Assembly (NCBI GenBank): GCA_965213625.1
Contig: CBDBZU010000004.1
Coordinates: forward strand, 2,048,001 to 2,112,000
Source of the DNA: a bacterium
GTDB lineage: Bacteria; UBA8248
Direction of reading: 5' to 3'
DNA length: 64,000 nt
Shown here piece after piece: positions 1 through 9,134 of the stretch (its first letter is position 1; every line of letters starts with the position of its first letter). The notes beneath the pieces were generated by a model. That model ran no database searches. It saw only the letters and a program-made list of their open reading frames with translations, and was not told the origin of the DNA. The position numbers and the translations under genes were made by a program.

Positions 1-3000
1 ATTCCTCATAGTCGTTATCGGCGTGGGCGAGGAGGCCGCGCGCGCTCACCTCCATCGTCAGGCTTCCCGACGAATAGCGCAGTGAGCCGCTGACTTCGAG
101 ACCGCTTCCCGTCTCGGCGTCGCCCCCGTCGTAGCGAAGGCCGACTTCCAGCGAGGGCGTGAGCACCCCGCCTCCCAGTTTGAACTCGCGCGAGCCTTCG
201 AGGAGCACGCGGATTCGGCTCGTCTCCGCTTCAGCCGCGGCGAGGTCCGCCGCCGCTTCTGAAGTCGTGCGCGTGACGAGCAAGTCCGCGCGCAGGGCGA
301 GTTCGTACCCGCCCGTACCGGTGGCGGGAAGGAGCACGCCGCGTACCCCGGCAGCCGCCATGCGCATCTCGATGTCGGTCTCGATGTGCCGCGCGCCCTC
401 TGGCGAAAGCGTCAGATCGCCTTGCCCTTGTCCGAGCGCGCCCCAAAGCGAGAGCCGTTCGCTCACCCTGTAGCGGGCGTAGGGGTAGACGCCCATGAGC
501 GTGCTCTCCACCTCGCCCGCACAGCCGGCCTCGCACGCCCCGCTCATCCGGAACGAGCCTTCGCCCGCACTTCGCGCAAGCGCCACGCCGAAGAGCCACT
601 TGTCCCGCTCGAAGTCGATCCCCAGAGTCGCCGTGGTCACGTCGCCCTCGAGGCTGAGCGTGTCTTCCTTGCCGCTGAAGTTCGATCGCGCCCCACGGCC
701 CCAGACCGACCAGCGTGGTCCTGACTCCATTTTCTCGGAGGACGCCATGTGGAACGAACTCGCGAGCATGAACTCGCTCATCTCGATTTCGCGCCGCGTC
801 GCCTCAGCGTCCTCACCCGAAACGCCGCCTGGGCTGCCGAAAGCATTACCTGCGCCATCTCTACCGATTCCGTAATCGCCCAAGGCGAGGCGGGCGTTCG
901 GGTCCGCCGGGAGGAGGGGGTCCCGGCCCAACGCCAGGCTTTGCCCGCCGAGCACAACGCCCGTGCGTGCGCCGCGCAGCCGCTCGGCAATCGCGTCGGT
1001 CACGTGCTCCGCCGCCTCGCGCCCGAATCGCGCGAGCCAAGCCTTTGGCATCGGGTCGGTGTTCGTGATCGTCCCGATCGCGGTTCCATCGGCGATTCTG
1101 AAGCGAATGCCCTCCTTTCCGCTCGGCGCCAAAGACAGTTCGAGGCGCATCGTCTCGCTGCCTTCGTCGAGCGAGTCGTCGAGCACCGGAATCGACACCG
1201 TGCGCGTCGTCACCCCGCGAGGGAAGACCACGAACCCCGTTTCGGCCACGTAGTCGCTTCCTGCCTGCGCCGTTCCGTCGACCGTGCGGTAGTACACCGC
1301 CTCTGAGCGCTCAGGCGCTCGGTTGAAGGTCACAACGAAGTCGAGCGTGGCCTTCGGCTCCTCCTGCGCCTCCGCATCGGCCACCGAGACCGCCGGAATC
1401 CCCTGCGCCTCGGAAATCTCCGGACCGCCGACCGCGCACCGCACCCCGACGTCCTCGCTGTGGTCGCAGTTGTGGACGCCTACCGCATTGTTGTTCGCGC
1501 GTGGACAGTCGATCAGGCTCGTCTCGTTGCCCACGCACAGTAAGTCGTCCAGGTGAATCGGTCCGTCGCCTTCGCCGAAATGCGCTCGGAGAAAGCGACC
1601 GCCGTTGCCTACCGAGCCCTCCGGGAAGCCGAGCGCGCGGCACGCGACGTCCGCTTCCTCATCGGTCCAATAATCGTCGCAAACCGTTCCCCACCGGCCG
1701 CCGTAAAATATCTCGAGGCGGCCCTCATGGGGCGTATTTCCGCCCACCAGTCGCAGCATTCCACCGTCGATGTGGGTCACCCGCAGGGTATAGGTTTGCG
1801 TCGTGGTGGTGTCCTCGGCCGTCACCTTGACCTTGACGACGTTCTCGCCCATGGCAAGGTCGATCTCGAAGGTGTTTGGGCTGCTCGTATCCGCGTCGGT
1901 AAGCGCCGTATTGTCCGACGCGAAAAACGCCACGCTTGCGTCCGGGTCGCTCGTCGTCGGTGTCACCGTGATGCGCGCGACGCCGCTCTCCACCGAGGCG
2001 GTGTAGCTTGTTGTCTCGGGCGCGAACGCCTCGTTGATCGAACCGGGGCTTATCTCGAGCGCGCTCAGGGTCGCGTCGGAGATATCTTCTTCTGTGATGA
2101 TGACGGATGCGCGGCAGGGGCAGGTCGGGGAAATCAGGGAACCGGGCAACAGTTCGAGTACAACGCCAAACCGCTCGTCACCCTCGTCTTCGGCGTCGGC
2201 AACAGTCTGCACGGTCACCGTCTTCGTCGCCGAGAAGGTGTTACCGTCCGCCGTATAGTCGCCCGGTTCGACGCGCAGTATTTCTGAAATCGCCGCATAG
2301 TCGTCGGGGCTTCCCGCTGTATCCGCCCGGGCGCTAACCGAATAAATTAGGGTTTCCCTCGGCTGCGGCACGTTTGCGCCGGTCTTGGCCTTTATAGCGA
2401 CGTCCAGGCTCTCGCCCTCTCTCACAATGTAGTCGTTCTGCGCCCAGCTGACGATGAGGAGCGGGTCCGCCGCCACCATCGCCACCGTCGCCGAGTCGTC
2501 GGGCGCGGCGGCCGCCTCGTAGCCCGTCCCCACCGCGACACTCGCCGTGATGTCCCCGCTCGTCGAACCGCTGTAAGTGCTTCTGAGCTTCACCGTTGCC
2601 GAGGTCTCGTTCGCCGGAATGGTGACGCTCGGCGAAGTGTCCGAGAGATACATTACCGCCTGCGTTATCGAGAGGTTGACCGTGAGCGGGGAGGCGGAAG
2701 ACGCAGAGCGCGTCACGCGGAACTCGGGGTGCGCGATTTTCGGCGCCGCCTTTGCGTGCACCGCCTCGATAGAGACCGTCGGCGTTGCGCCTTGTTCCGA
2801 CTGGCGCACGATCGTGAGCGTATAGGTCTGCGTCGTGGTGGTATCCTCGGCCGTCACCTTGATCTTCACGACGTTTTCGCCAGTCGAGAGATCGACCTGA
2901 AACCCCTCGGTGCTCCCGTCCGCGTCGGCGAGCGTCGATTCGTCCGCCGCCCGATACGCCACACTTGCAATCGGGTCGGTCGTCGTCGGCGTCACCGTGA

Positions 3001-4732
3001 TGCGCGCAACACCGCTCTCCACCATAGCGGTGTAGCTCGTGGTCTCAGACGCGAACGTCTCGTTGATGGAGCCGGGGCTGATTTCCAACGCGCTCAGAGT
3101 CGCGTCGGAGAGGGCGTCTTCTGTGATGGTGACGAAGGCGTAGCACCCGTCGATCGAATCCGAATGGGTCGTGGGACAGGTCGGGTCTATCGGGTTTCCG
3201 CCCACATGTTGGAGTAAAGCGAAAAACCGCTCGTCCTCCTCGTCTTCCGCGTCGGCAACAGTCTGCAAGCTAACCGTCTTCGTCGTCGAGAATGCGGCGC
3301 CCTCCGCCGAATAATCGCCCGGTTCGACGCGCAGTATTTGTCCAGTCACCGAATAGTCGCTGGGGCTTTTCGCCGTGTCCCCCTCGGTTGACACTGAATA
3401 ATCAACGGACTCTCTCGGTTGTGGCACGTTCGCGCCGGTCGTGACCTTGAACGCGACGTCCAGGCTCTCGCCCTCGCGCACCGTGTAGTCGTTCTGCGCC
3501 CAGCTGACGATGAGGAGCGGGTCCGCCGCCACCATCGCCACCGTCGCCGAGTCGTTCGGCGCGGCGGCCGCCTCGTAGCCCGTCCCCACCGCGACACTCG
3601 CCGTGATGTTCCCGCTCGTCGAACCGCTGTAGGCGCTTCTGAGCTTCACAGTCGCCGAGGTCTCGTTCGCCGGAATGGTGACGCTCGGCGAAGTGTCCGA
3701 GAGATACTCGTCCGCCTGCGTAATCGAGAGGTTGACCGTGAGCGGGGAGGAGGAGGACTCGGAGCGCGTCACGCGGAACTCGGGGTGCGCGATCCTGGGC
3801 GCCGCCTTGGCGTGCACCGCCTCGATAGAGACCGTCGGCGTTGCGCCTTGTTCCGACTGGCGCACGATCGTGAGCGTATAGGTCTGCGTCGTGGTGGTAT
3901 CCTCGGCCGTCACCTTGATCTTCACGACGTTTTCGCCAGTCGAGAGATCGACCTGAAACCCCTCGGTGCTTCCGTCCGCATCGGCGAGGGGACTGCCGTT
4001 CGAATCGAGCCAGGAGATGGTTGCGCTCGAGTCAGTCGTCGCCGGCGTCACCGTGATCCGCGTGACGCCGCTCTCCACCGTGGCGGTGTAGCTCATGGTC
4101 GTCGACTCGAACGTCTCGCTGAGCGAGCCTGTGCTTATCCCCAGTGTGTTCAGGGTCGCGTCGTTCGACATGGATGCGAGGTCCGTCAGTCGAAGCGAAA
4201 CGGTTTCGTCCACGGTCCAGGAGAGGGCTGAGCCGTCCCAGGCCCACCTGCTTGTTCCCGACCCGTGGTTAGCGATGTCAGCGCTGTCGAAGTCGTATGT
4301 CTTCTCGCCGACGTACAGGGTGAGCGAGCGCAGGTTGGCCGGAAGAATCGGCCGGACGGAGAATTCGAGCCTTCCGTTGCTGCGCACGAAGACCGCATGA
4401 ACGGCGTAGGTGGCGTCGCCTTCGGTGAAGTCGTCGTCCGTGAGGACGGCGCTTTCGGAGCACCTCTCACCCGCTTCGACATCGTTGCTGCAGCCCTGAA
4501 TGCCGCCGGGGAGTTCCTTGACGGTCAGGGTCCCGGACCAGACTTGTTTCTCCGCCGCGGCCATCGCTGCGAATGTCAGGAAGAAGAAAACGGTGAGCGC
4601 CGCGAGCAGCGCCGTATTGAAGCGGCCGCCGGGCCGGGTGATGCGCGTATTACATAGTGTTTGGTGAGTGGTGTTGTTCCGGGTTTGTTCGCCTGGTTCG
4701 TCGTCGGATGTTTCGCAAGATGTGGATCCCAT
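1..4732 (-). CDS. Large autotransporter-like surface protein, 3' end beyond window edge: extended signal peptide, N-terminal domain, cadherin-like beta-sandwich and Calx-beta repeats, SRCR domain, Calx-beta, C-terminal beta-barrel
   Basis: Minus-strand frame from ATG at 4732 (RBS AGGAAGGGG upstream) reads open to position 2 in every segment I translated. It is not in the ORF track because there is no stop in the window. Motifs: ...FFFLTFAAMAAAEKQVWSGTLTV; SDATLSALEISPGSINE..F...TTSYTA.V; LRLVGGNTPHEGRLEIFYGGRWGTVCDD; TVDGTAQAGSDYVAETG; PMPKAWLARFGR; ...RGLLAHADNDYEE at the edge. Confidence 0.88.
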   Translation of the reverse strand, partial: MGSTSCETSDDEPGEQTRNNTTHQTLCNTRITRPGGRFNTALLAALTVFFFLTFAAMAAAEKQVWSGTLTVKELPGGIQGCSNDVEAGERCSESAVLTDDDFTEGDATYAVHAVFVRSNGRLEFSVRPILPANLRSLTLYVGEKTYDFDSADIANHGSGTSRWAWDGSALSWTVDETVSLRLTDLASMSNDATLNTLGISTGSLSETFESTTMSYTATVESGVTRITVTPATTDSSATISWLDSNGSPLADADGSTEGFQVDLSTGENVVKIKVTAEDTTTTQTYTLTIVRQSEQGATPTVSIEAVHAKAAPRIAHPEFRVTRSESSSSPLTVNLSITQADEYLSDTSPSVTIPANETSATVKLRSAYSGSTSGNITASVAVGTGYEAAAAPNDSATVAMVAADPLLIVSWAQNDYTVREGESLDVAFKVTTGANVPQPRESVDYSVSTEGDTAKSPSDYSVTGQILRVEPGDYSAEGAAFSTTKTVSLQTVADAEDEEDERFFALLQHVGGNPIDPTCPTTHSDSIDGCYAFVTITEDALSDATLSALEISPGSINETFASETTSYTAMVESGVARITVTPTTTDPIASVAYRAADESTLADADGSTEGFQVDLSTGENVVKIKVTAEDTTTTQTYTLTIVRQSEQGATPTVSIEAVHAKAAPKIAHPEFRVTRSASSASPLTVNLSITQAVMYLSDTSPSVTIPANETSATVKLRSTYSGSTSGDITASVAVGTGYEAAAAPDDSATVAMVAADPLLIVSWAQNDYIVREGESLDVAIKAKTGANVPQPRETLIYSVSARADTAGSPDDYAAISEILRVEPGDYTADGNTFSATKTVTVQTVADAEDEGDERFGVVLELLPGSLISPTCPCRASVIITEEDISDATLSALEISPGSINEAFAPETTSYTASVESGVARITVTPTTSDPDASVAFFASDNTALTDADTSSPNTFEIDLAMGENVVKVKVTAEDTTTTQTYTLRVTHIDGGMLRLVGGNTPHEGRLEIFYGGRWGTVCDDYWTDEEADVACRALGFPEGSVGNGGRFLRAHFGEGDGPIHLDDLLCVGNETSLIDCPRANNNAVGVHNCDHSEDVGVRCAVGGPEISEAQGIPAVSVADAEAQEEPKATLDFVVTFNRAPERSEAVYYRTVDGTAQAGSDYVAETGFVVFPRGVTTRTVSIPVLDDSLDEGSETMRLELSLAPSGKEGIRFRIADGTAIGTITNTDPMPKAWLARFGREAAEHVTDAIAERLRGARTGVVLGGQSLALGRDPLLPADPNARLALGDYGIGRDGAGNAFGSPGGVSGEDAEATRREIEMSEFMLASSFHMASSEKMESGPRWSVWGRGARSNFSGKEDTLSLEGDVTTATLGIDFERDKWLFGVALARSAGEGSFRMSGACEAGCAGEVESTLMGVYPYARYRVSERLSLWGALGQGQGDLTLSPEGARHIETDIEMRMAAAGVRGVLLPATGTGGYELALRADLLVTRTTSEAAADLAAAEAETSRIRVLLEGSREFKLGGGVLTPSLEVGLRYDGGDAETGSGLEVSGSLRYSSGSLTMEVSARGLLAHADNDYEE
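1785..4170 (-). repeat. Intragenic tandem duplication, unit ~1056 bp (about 2.3 copies)
   Basis: 2401-2910 is near-identical to 3457-3966 (offset 1056). A third copy of the TATAGGT(T/C)TGCGTCGTGGTGGT segment lies at ~1789. Confidence 0.85.
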
Positions 4733-5036
4733 GGTCTGTTCCCCTTCCTGTTGTAGCGGCGGCGGATGTGGAAGGTGGCGGCAGGAGTGAAATTTCGAGG
4801 TAGGCGGCAGGCTCGCCTTCAAGTCCAGGTGCGTCCGGCGAGGCCCGAATGGGCAAGAAAATGGTATCAGCGGAAGCGAAGAACGAATGTAAAGATTGTG
4901 TAAAGATCGTCAGGGTTTCGTAAATATCCTCGCGTTGGCGCGCCCTTGAGGAAGGGAAGCCGGCCAGTGAGGAGGTTGTTGAAAAAGCCCTCCTGGTTCG
5001 CAATTGGGTCCGATACCGGGCCTGTCCGTATGAAAT

Positions 5037-5528
5037 TTAGCGGTCTATCGGGTCACGCGGGTCGAACTCGTTTCCCCATACGCCGCGCCGGTATCGCTTG
5101 GCGAGGTTTTCGGCTTCTATCAGTTTCTTGCGGTAGCGAATGTTGGGGTGTTTCACGAGGGCGCGGCCCAGACCCCGGAGCACCATGAGCTCGTTCACGA
5201 GGCCGCCTTCTTCGAGGAAGACGTAATAAAGAGTCTGACCGGAAGAATCCACGGGTTTTTCGTCGATCTCGAGGCTCACCGTCCTGTTCTCGATGAGGCG
5301 CTTTAAGAACGCACGGGCCTGGACGGAGCCTGGCGCGCCGGGCGCGGGGGCGGCCACGCCGATCAATGCGGAGCGCAGGCCGCCGCCGAGTTGAAAGCTC
5401 GCTCCGTCGTAGACCTTGGTGACGCGCGCTTTGAGGCGTTTTCGGGGCGCTTCCCCTCGGGCGGGCGCAGGGGCGCTCATGACGGCGGTGAGCAGAAGCG
5501 CACACAACATGAGAGTCGTTTTTTTCAT
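5037..5528 (-). CDS. Secreted thermonuclease (SNase)-fold protein, probably catalytically inactive
   Basis: Signal peptide MKKTTLMLCALLLTAVMSAPAPA; SNase pattern KARVTKVYDG...LIGV..P...VNELMVLRGLG...AENLAKRYRRGVW. Confidence 0.8.
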   Translation of the reverse strand: MKKTTLMLCALLLTAVMSAPAPARGEAPRKRLKARVTKVYDGASFQLGGGLRSALIGVAAPAPGAPGSVQARAFLKRLIENRTVSLEIDEKPVDSSGQTLYYVFLEEGGLVNELMVLRGLGRALVKHPNIRYRKKLIEAENLAKRYRRGVWGNEFDPRDPIDR

Positions 5529-5749
5529 CCTCGCCTCATTCGGTCTTGATGGGGGCAGCCCCAAAAACTTTCTCGATTTCACAGGTTCATAAGTTCCGCT
5601 CATGATCCCTACCGGCGGTCATATATACCATAGGGCGAACCGAATCGCTTTTCACCCGACCTTGCATGCCGGGCGGGGCGCGGCGACAATGCGTGTGTTG
5701 GGAAAATGGACGCGGCGTATGATGATACTTGCAGATAAGCGGGCTGACA

Positions 5750-6280
5750 TTGGCGGATACGAGCGAGAAGCGGATATTCATCATTGCCGGGCCGAACGGC
5801 GCGGGGAAGACGACGTTCGCCACGGAATTTCTGCCGAACGAGGCGGACTGCCCTTATTTTATCAACACCGATCTCATCGCCGCCGGGTTGAATCCGTTTC
5901 ATCCTGCTCGGGCCGGCGTACAGGCCGGCAGGCTGGTTTTGAACCAAATTCGCGAACACGCGCTGCGGGGAGAAAGTTTCGCTTTCGAGACGATTTTGAG
6001 CGGTCGCGGCTATTCGCGCCGGATTCCCCTTTGGCGGGAGCAAGGCTACCGGGTCAAACTGTTCTTCTTGCAACTACCGACGCCAGAGATGGCTATCGCT
6101 CGCGTCGCGCAGCGCGTTCTGGAGGGAGGCCACGACGTGCCCGAGGGAGTGATTCGCAGACGGTTCGAAACCGGCTGGCGCAACTTCGAGCTAATCTATC
6201 GAGACCTGGTCGACGGGTGGATTTTGTACGACAATTCGGGTGAAGAACCGAAACGGCTGGCGGAGGATTCGAAAACATGA
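5750..6280 (+). CDS. Zeta-toxin-like / COG4185 P-loop ATPase
   Basis: IIAGPNGAGKTT Walker A; INTDLIAAGL, FAFETILSG, RVAQRVLEGGHDVPE motifs. The TTG start is inferred. Confidence 0.85.
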   Translation: MADTSEKRIFIIAGPNGAGKTTFATEFLPNEADCPYFINTDLIAAGLNPFHPARAGVQAGRLVLNQIREHALRGESFAFETILSGRGYSRRIPLWREQGYRVKLFFLQLPTPEMAIARVAQRVLEGGHDVPEGVIRRRFETGWRNFELIYRDLVDGWILYDNSGEEPKRLAEDSKT

Positions 6281-6495
6281 ATTCACAGGGCGAAAGCCCG
6301 GCTGAAAAACCTCGCGATCCCGACTTCGTCGGCGCCGACGCTGCGATGCACAGGGCGGCCCTACGCGCGCGCCGACGCGCGGAAGAAGCGGCGAGGGCCG
6401 CCGCCTCCGGTGGTGTCGAGCATGAACTGGGCGAGATTCGCTGGATGCACACCGGCCGCGACCCGCGCGAGCGAGGCCCCCGGAAGGCGGTGTGA
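6277..6495 (+). CDS. Small basic helical protein, putative partner/antitoxin of the upstream ATPase
   Basis: ATGA overlap with the upstream stop; core DPDFVGADAAMHRAALRARRRA. Confidence 0.6.
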   Translation: MNSQGESPAEKPRDPDFVGADAAMHRAALRARRRAEEAARAAASGGVEHELGEIRWMHTGRDPRERGPRKAV

Positions 6496-6686
6496 GGGGG
6501 ACGGCGAGGATGCTCCGGCGTAATCCCCAGGAGTATTCGGCGCCCCGATATCATCTCCGCTGAAATCCCATTTCGATAGTCGCCTTCAGTTGGCTTTGGT
6601 ATAATAATCTCTTCTGGAATCGGCGCGTTGCGCATCGGTGCGCCGACCCTTCCTTCATAAGCCGTCTGCAACAATGGAGACATAAC

Positions 6687-7295
6687 ATGAAATGGATCAT
6701 TCTGACGCTCGTCGCCGCTCTTTCACTCAGCGTTCAAACTACAAGCGCAAAACAACTCGAAAAGGCGATTTTCGCCGGCGGTTGCTTCTGGTGCGTGGAG
6801 TCTGATTTCGACAAGGTGCCGGGCGTGGTCTCGACGACTTCAGGCTATACCGGCGGCAAGACCAAGAACCCGACCTACAAGCAAGTCACCTATGGCGACA
6901 CGGGCCACTACGAGGCGGTCGAGATCACCTATGATCCGGCAAAGGTAAGCTACGATGCGCTGCTCACCGCCTTCTGGCATTCGGTCGACCCGACCGATGA
7001 CGGCGGCCAGTTCTGCGACCGGGGCGATTCCTACAAAACAGCCGTGTTCGCCCTGAACGAAAAGCAGCGCAAGGCGGCCGAGGCCTCGAAGAAGACGGCG
7101 CAAAAGTTACTCGACAAACCGATCGTCACCCCGATACTCGCCGCCGCGATTTTCTACCCCGCCGAGTATTATCACCAGAACTATTATAAGAATAACTCGG
7201 TCCGCTACCGCTACTACCGCTTCTCGTGCGGCCGCGACAAGAGGCTCAAGAACCTCTGGGGCGAGCACGCCTTCAAGGGCATCCCCAAAAACTAA
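6687..7295 (+). CDS. msrA: Peptide-methionine (S)-S-oxide reductase with signal peptide
   Basis: AIFAGGCFWCVE, GYTGG, GHYEAVEI and FYPAEYYHQNYY motifs. Confidence 0.95.
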   Translation: MKWIILTLVAALSLSVQTTSAKQLEKAIFAGGCFWCVESDFDKVPGVVSTTSGYTGGKTKNPTYKQVTYGDTGHYEAVEITYDPAKVSYDALLTAFWHSVDPTDDGGQFCDRGDSYKTAVFALNEKQRKAAEASKKTAQKLLDKPIVTPILAAAIFYPAEYYHQNYYKNNSVRYRYYRFSCGRDKRLKNLWGEHAFKGIPKN

Positions 7296-7306
7296 TGATG
7301 CCGCGC

Positions 7307-7332
7307 CGCCCCGGCCCACGAGGGCCGGGGCG
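7307..7332. terminator. GC-rich hairpin between convergent genes
   Basis: CGCCCCGGCCC-ACGA-GGGCCGGGGCG just after the msrA stop. Confidence 0.55.
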
Positions 7333-7371
7333 TACGGGGGGCGGTTTCCGCTAGATGCCGGTTTTGTCGAC

Positions 7372-7761
7372 CTACTTCAGTTTAAATGTCTTGTTGAGCA
7401 AGTTGGCGCACGCTTCCGCCACATTGTTGTCCGGCTTTGCTCCGCCCGGTGAAGTTGCCCAGCCGGCTTTCAGCAAATGATTGCCCCGTTCCCATGAATC
7501 GACCGCTGCGAGTTTAGGAACCAAACCGTTATCGGTATTAACCGCCCGCTCAAACTTATCGGCGCAGATGGGCGCCAAAGCCGCGACCATGGCTGTTTCG
7601 GTTGCTGTATCCACCATTTTCTCAGCAGCGCTGCCGAGTACCCATCCGCCCCAACCAAAGCCGATGATCAGCGTGCAAATTACGCCTGCCGCAAAACCTT
7701 GAAACAGTCTTTTCAAAGAGTTTCCTTCAACCAGGGGTGCCAAAAACGAAGGCGTTTTCAT
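7372..7761 (-). CDS. Hypothetical membrane-anchored protein
   Basis: One hydrophobic segment (AAGVICTLIIGFGWGGW), paired Cys (APICA...AEACA), RBS AAAGGA. Confidence 0.7.
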   Translation of the reverse strand: MKTPSFLAPLVEGNSLKRLFQGFAAGVICTLIIGFGWGGWVLGSAAEKMVDTATETAMVAALAPICADKFERAVNTDNGLVPKLAAVDSWERGNHLLKAGWATSPGGAKPDNNVAEACANLLNKTFKLK

Positions 7762-8042
7762 AGGGGATCCTTTTCCCTTTGAGGGAGGAGAATTCCTCCC
7801 TGCTATATCCATCGTAGCACAGTTATCCCGCCTCCCGTATGCGGGGGAGAGGGCGCTCGTGAAAAGGAGATGGGAAGAGGGATCGTCGCAACGCAAAACT
7901 GATTACTGAATATAACCGATCAAACGTTGGAAATAGAGGAGACAGTAATGCATCGGGCCAAGTCTTCTGCCATTGCCGGGGAAACAAGAACCAGGCGGCT
8001 CCCATCTCTACGGGCTCGCCGATTCGCCTTGCGGGAGATATT

Positions 8043-8729
8043 CTAGGTGGCTTGGTTGCGCTCCAGCATGTCCAGCACGTCGTCCGTTTTCGTCACCCAG
8101 CCGAATTTCGATTCGAAGTTGAAGAGCGTTGCCTCTCGCGTGAAGTCCGGGCCGGTGTGATCCATCGCATCCTCGATGAGAATGGGCCAGAATTCGCGGA
8201 AAAAGGCCTCGCGCGCCGTGCTCTCTACGCAGACGTTCGTGGCCACGCCGGTGAAGAGGATGTGGCGGATGTCGAGGCCGTTGAGCTGGTTTTCCAGCGT
8301 CGTACCCGCAAAGCCGCTGTAGCGGGCTTTCTTCACCACCAGGTCGTCCGGCTCGGGCTTGAGCTCGTCGATAATCTCCCACCCCCACGTTCCCTCGATG
8401 ATGAGCTTCTCGCGGTCCTCCGGGCGTTCCTTGATCATCCGGATGGCCATCTGCTTGCGGATGTTGGGCGACTGCGGCCCGCCTGCGTCGCTGAGGTCGG
8501 GCTGGTACCCGAACTGGAGATAGAATACCTGCACGCCGGCCGCGCGCGCCGCAGAGAGCAGGCGCTGGTTGGCCGCGATGACGGGGTTCGTGCGGGATTC
8601 GTCGATGCCTACTCCCAGATCGAGCATTCCGCCCTTCTTCGCATAGGCGTTCTGCATGTCGACCACGATGAAAGCGGTTCGCCCTAAGTCGATTTCCACG
8701 TCCTGGGGCCGTGCCTTGAGGATTGCCAT
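8043..8729 (-). CDS. Isochorismatase-family cysteine hydrolase (RutB-like)
   Basis: TAFIVVDMQNAY, VKKARYSGF and TGVATNVCVEST catalytic motifs; RBS GGAGA. Confidence 0.88.
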   Translation of the reverse strand: MAILKARPQDVEIDLGRTAFIVVDMQNAYAKKGGMLDLGVGIDESRTNPVIAANQRLLSAARAAGVQVFYLQFGYQPDLSDAGGPQSPNIRKQMAIRMIKERPEDREKLIIEGTWGWEIIDELKPEPDDLVVKKARYSGFAGTTLENQLNGLDIRHILFTGVATNVCVESTAREAFFREFWPILIEDAMDHTGPDFTREATLFNFESKFGWVTKTDDVLDMLERNQAT

Positions 8730-8865
8730 GCGTCTTCTCCATGATTGTCGGGAAAATTCGTCTCCGCGCGCATTCTCGCAGAACCACGCCTCCACCTCCA
8801 GCCTGTGCGGCGCATGCCTCAACAAATACGTATATTCTTCTCGATTGAACCGAGCTTACAAGAAC

Positions 8866-8912
8866 GTAGGGACAGGCCCCCGTGCCTGTCCGAGGTCGCG
8901 ACCTGTCCCTAC
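8866..8912. repeat. GTAG-family REP doublet
   Basis: GTAGGGACAGG-CCCCCGTG-CCTGTCC...TCGCGA-CCTGTCCCTAC, an inverted pair with GTAG/CTAC ends. Confidence 0.75.
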
Positions 8913-9134
8913 AGGTCAGAGAGCCAAACCACAGTTCGCGAACCGTGGAACGCACACGCAGGCACACGCCCACGCTCCCTGATTGATCTATGAAAAGGCT
9001 ACGAAAACCAGTTTACTTGCCCTTGTATGCCCCTATGAACGCCTTTCATTGCGGCTCAAGCCCTCTTGCCCCTAAAATGTCGAATCATGGATCATGTCGC
9101 CAGATAAGTTTGTTTTTCGTTTGGGAGCAAGTTT

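Noticed and set aside
159-4657. Many plus-strand and alternate-frame ORFs in the first 4.7 kb of the ORF track
   Set aside because: All overlap the single long minus-strand autotransporter frame, which has clear domain motifs.
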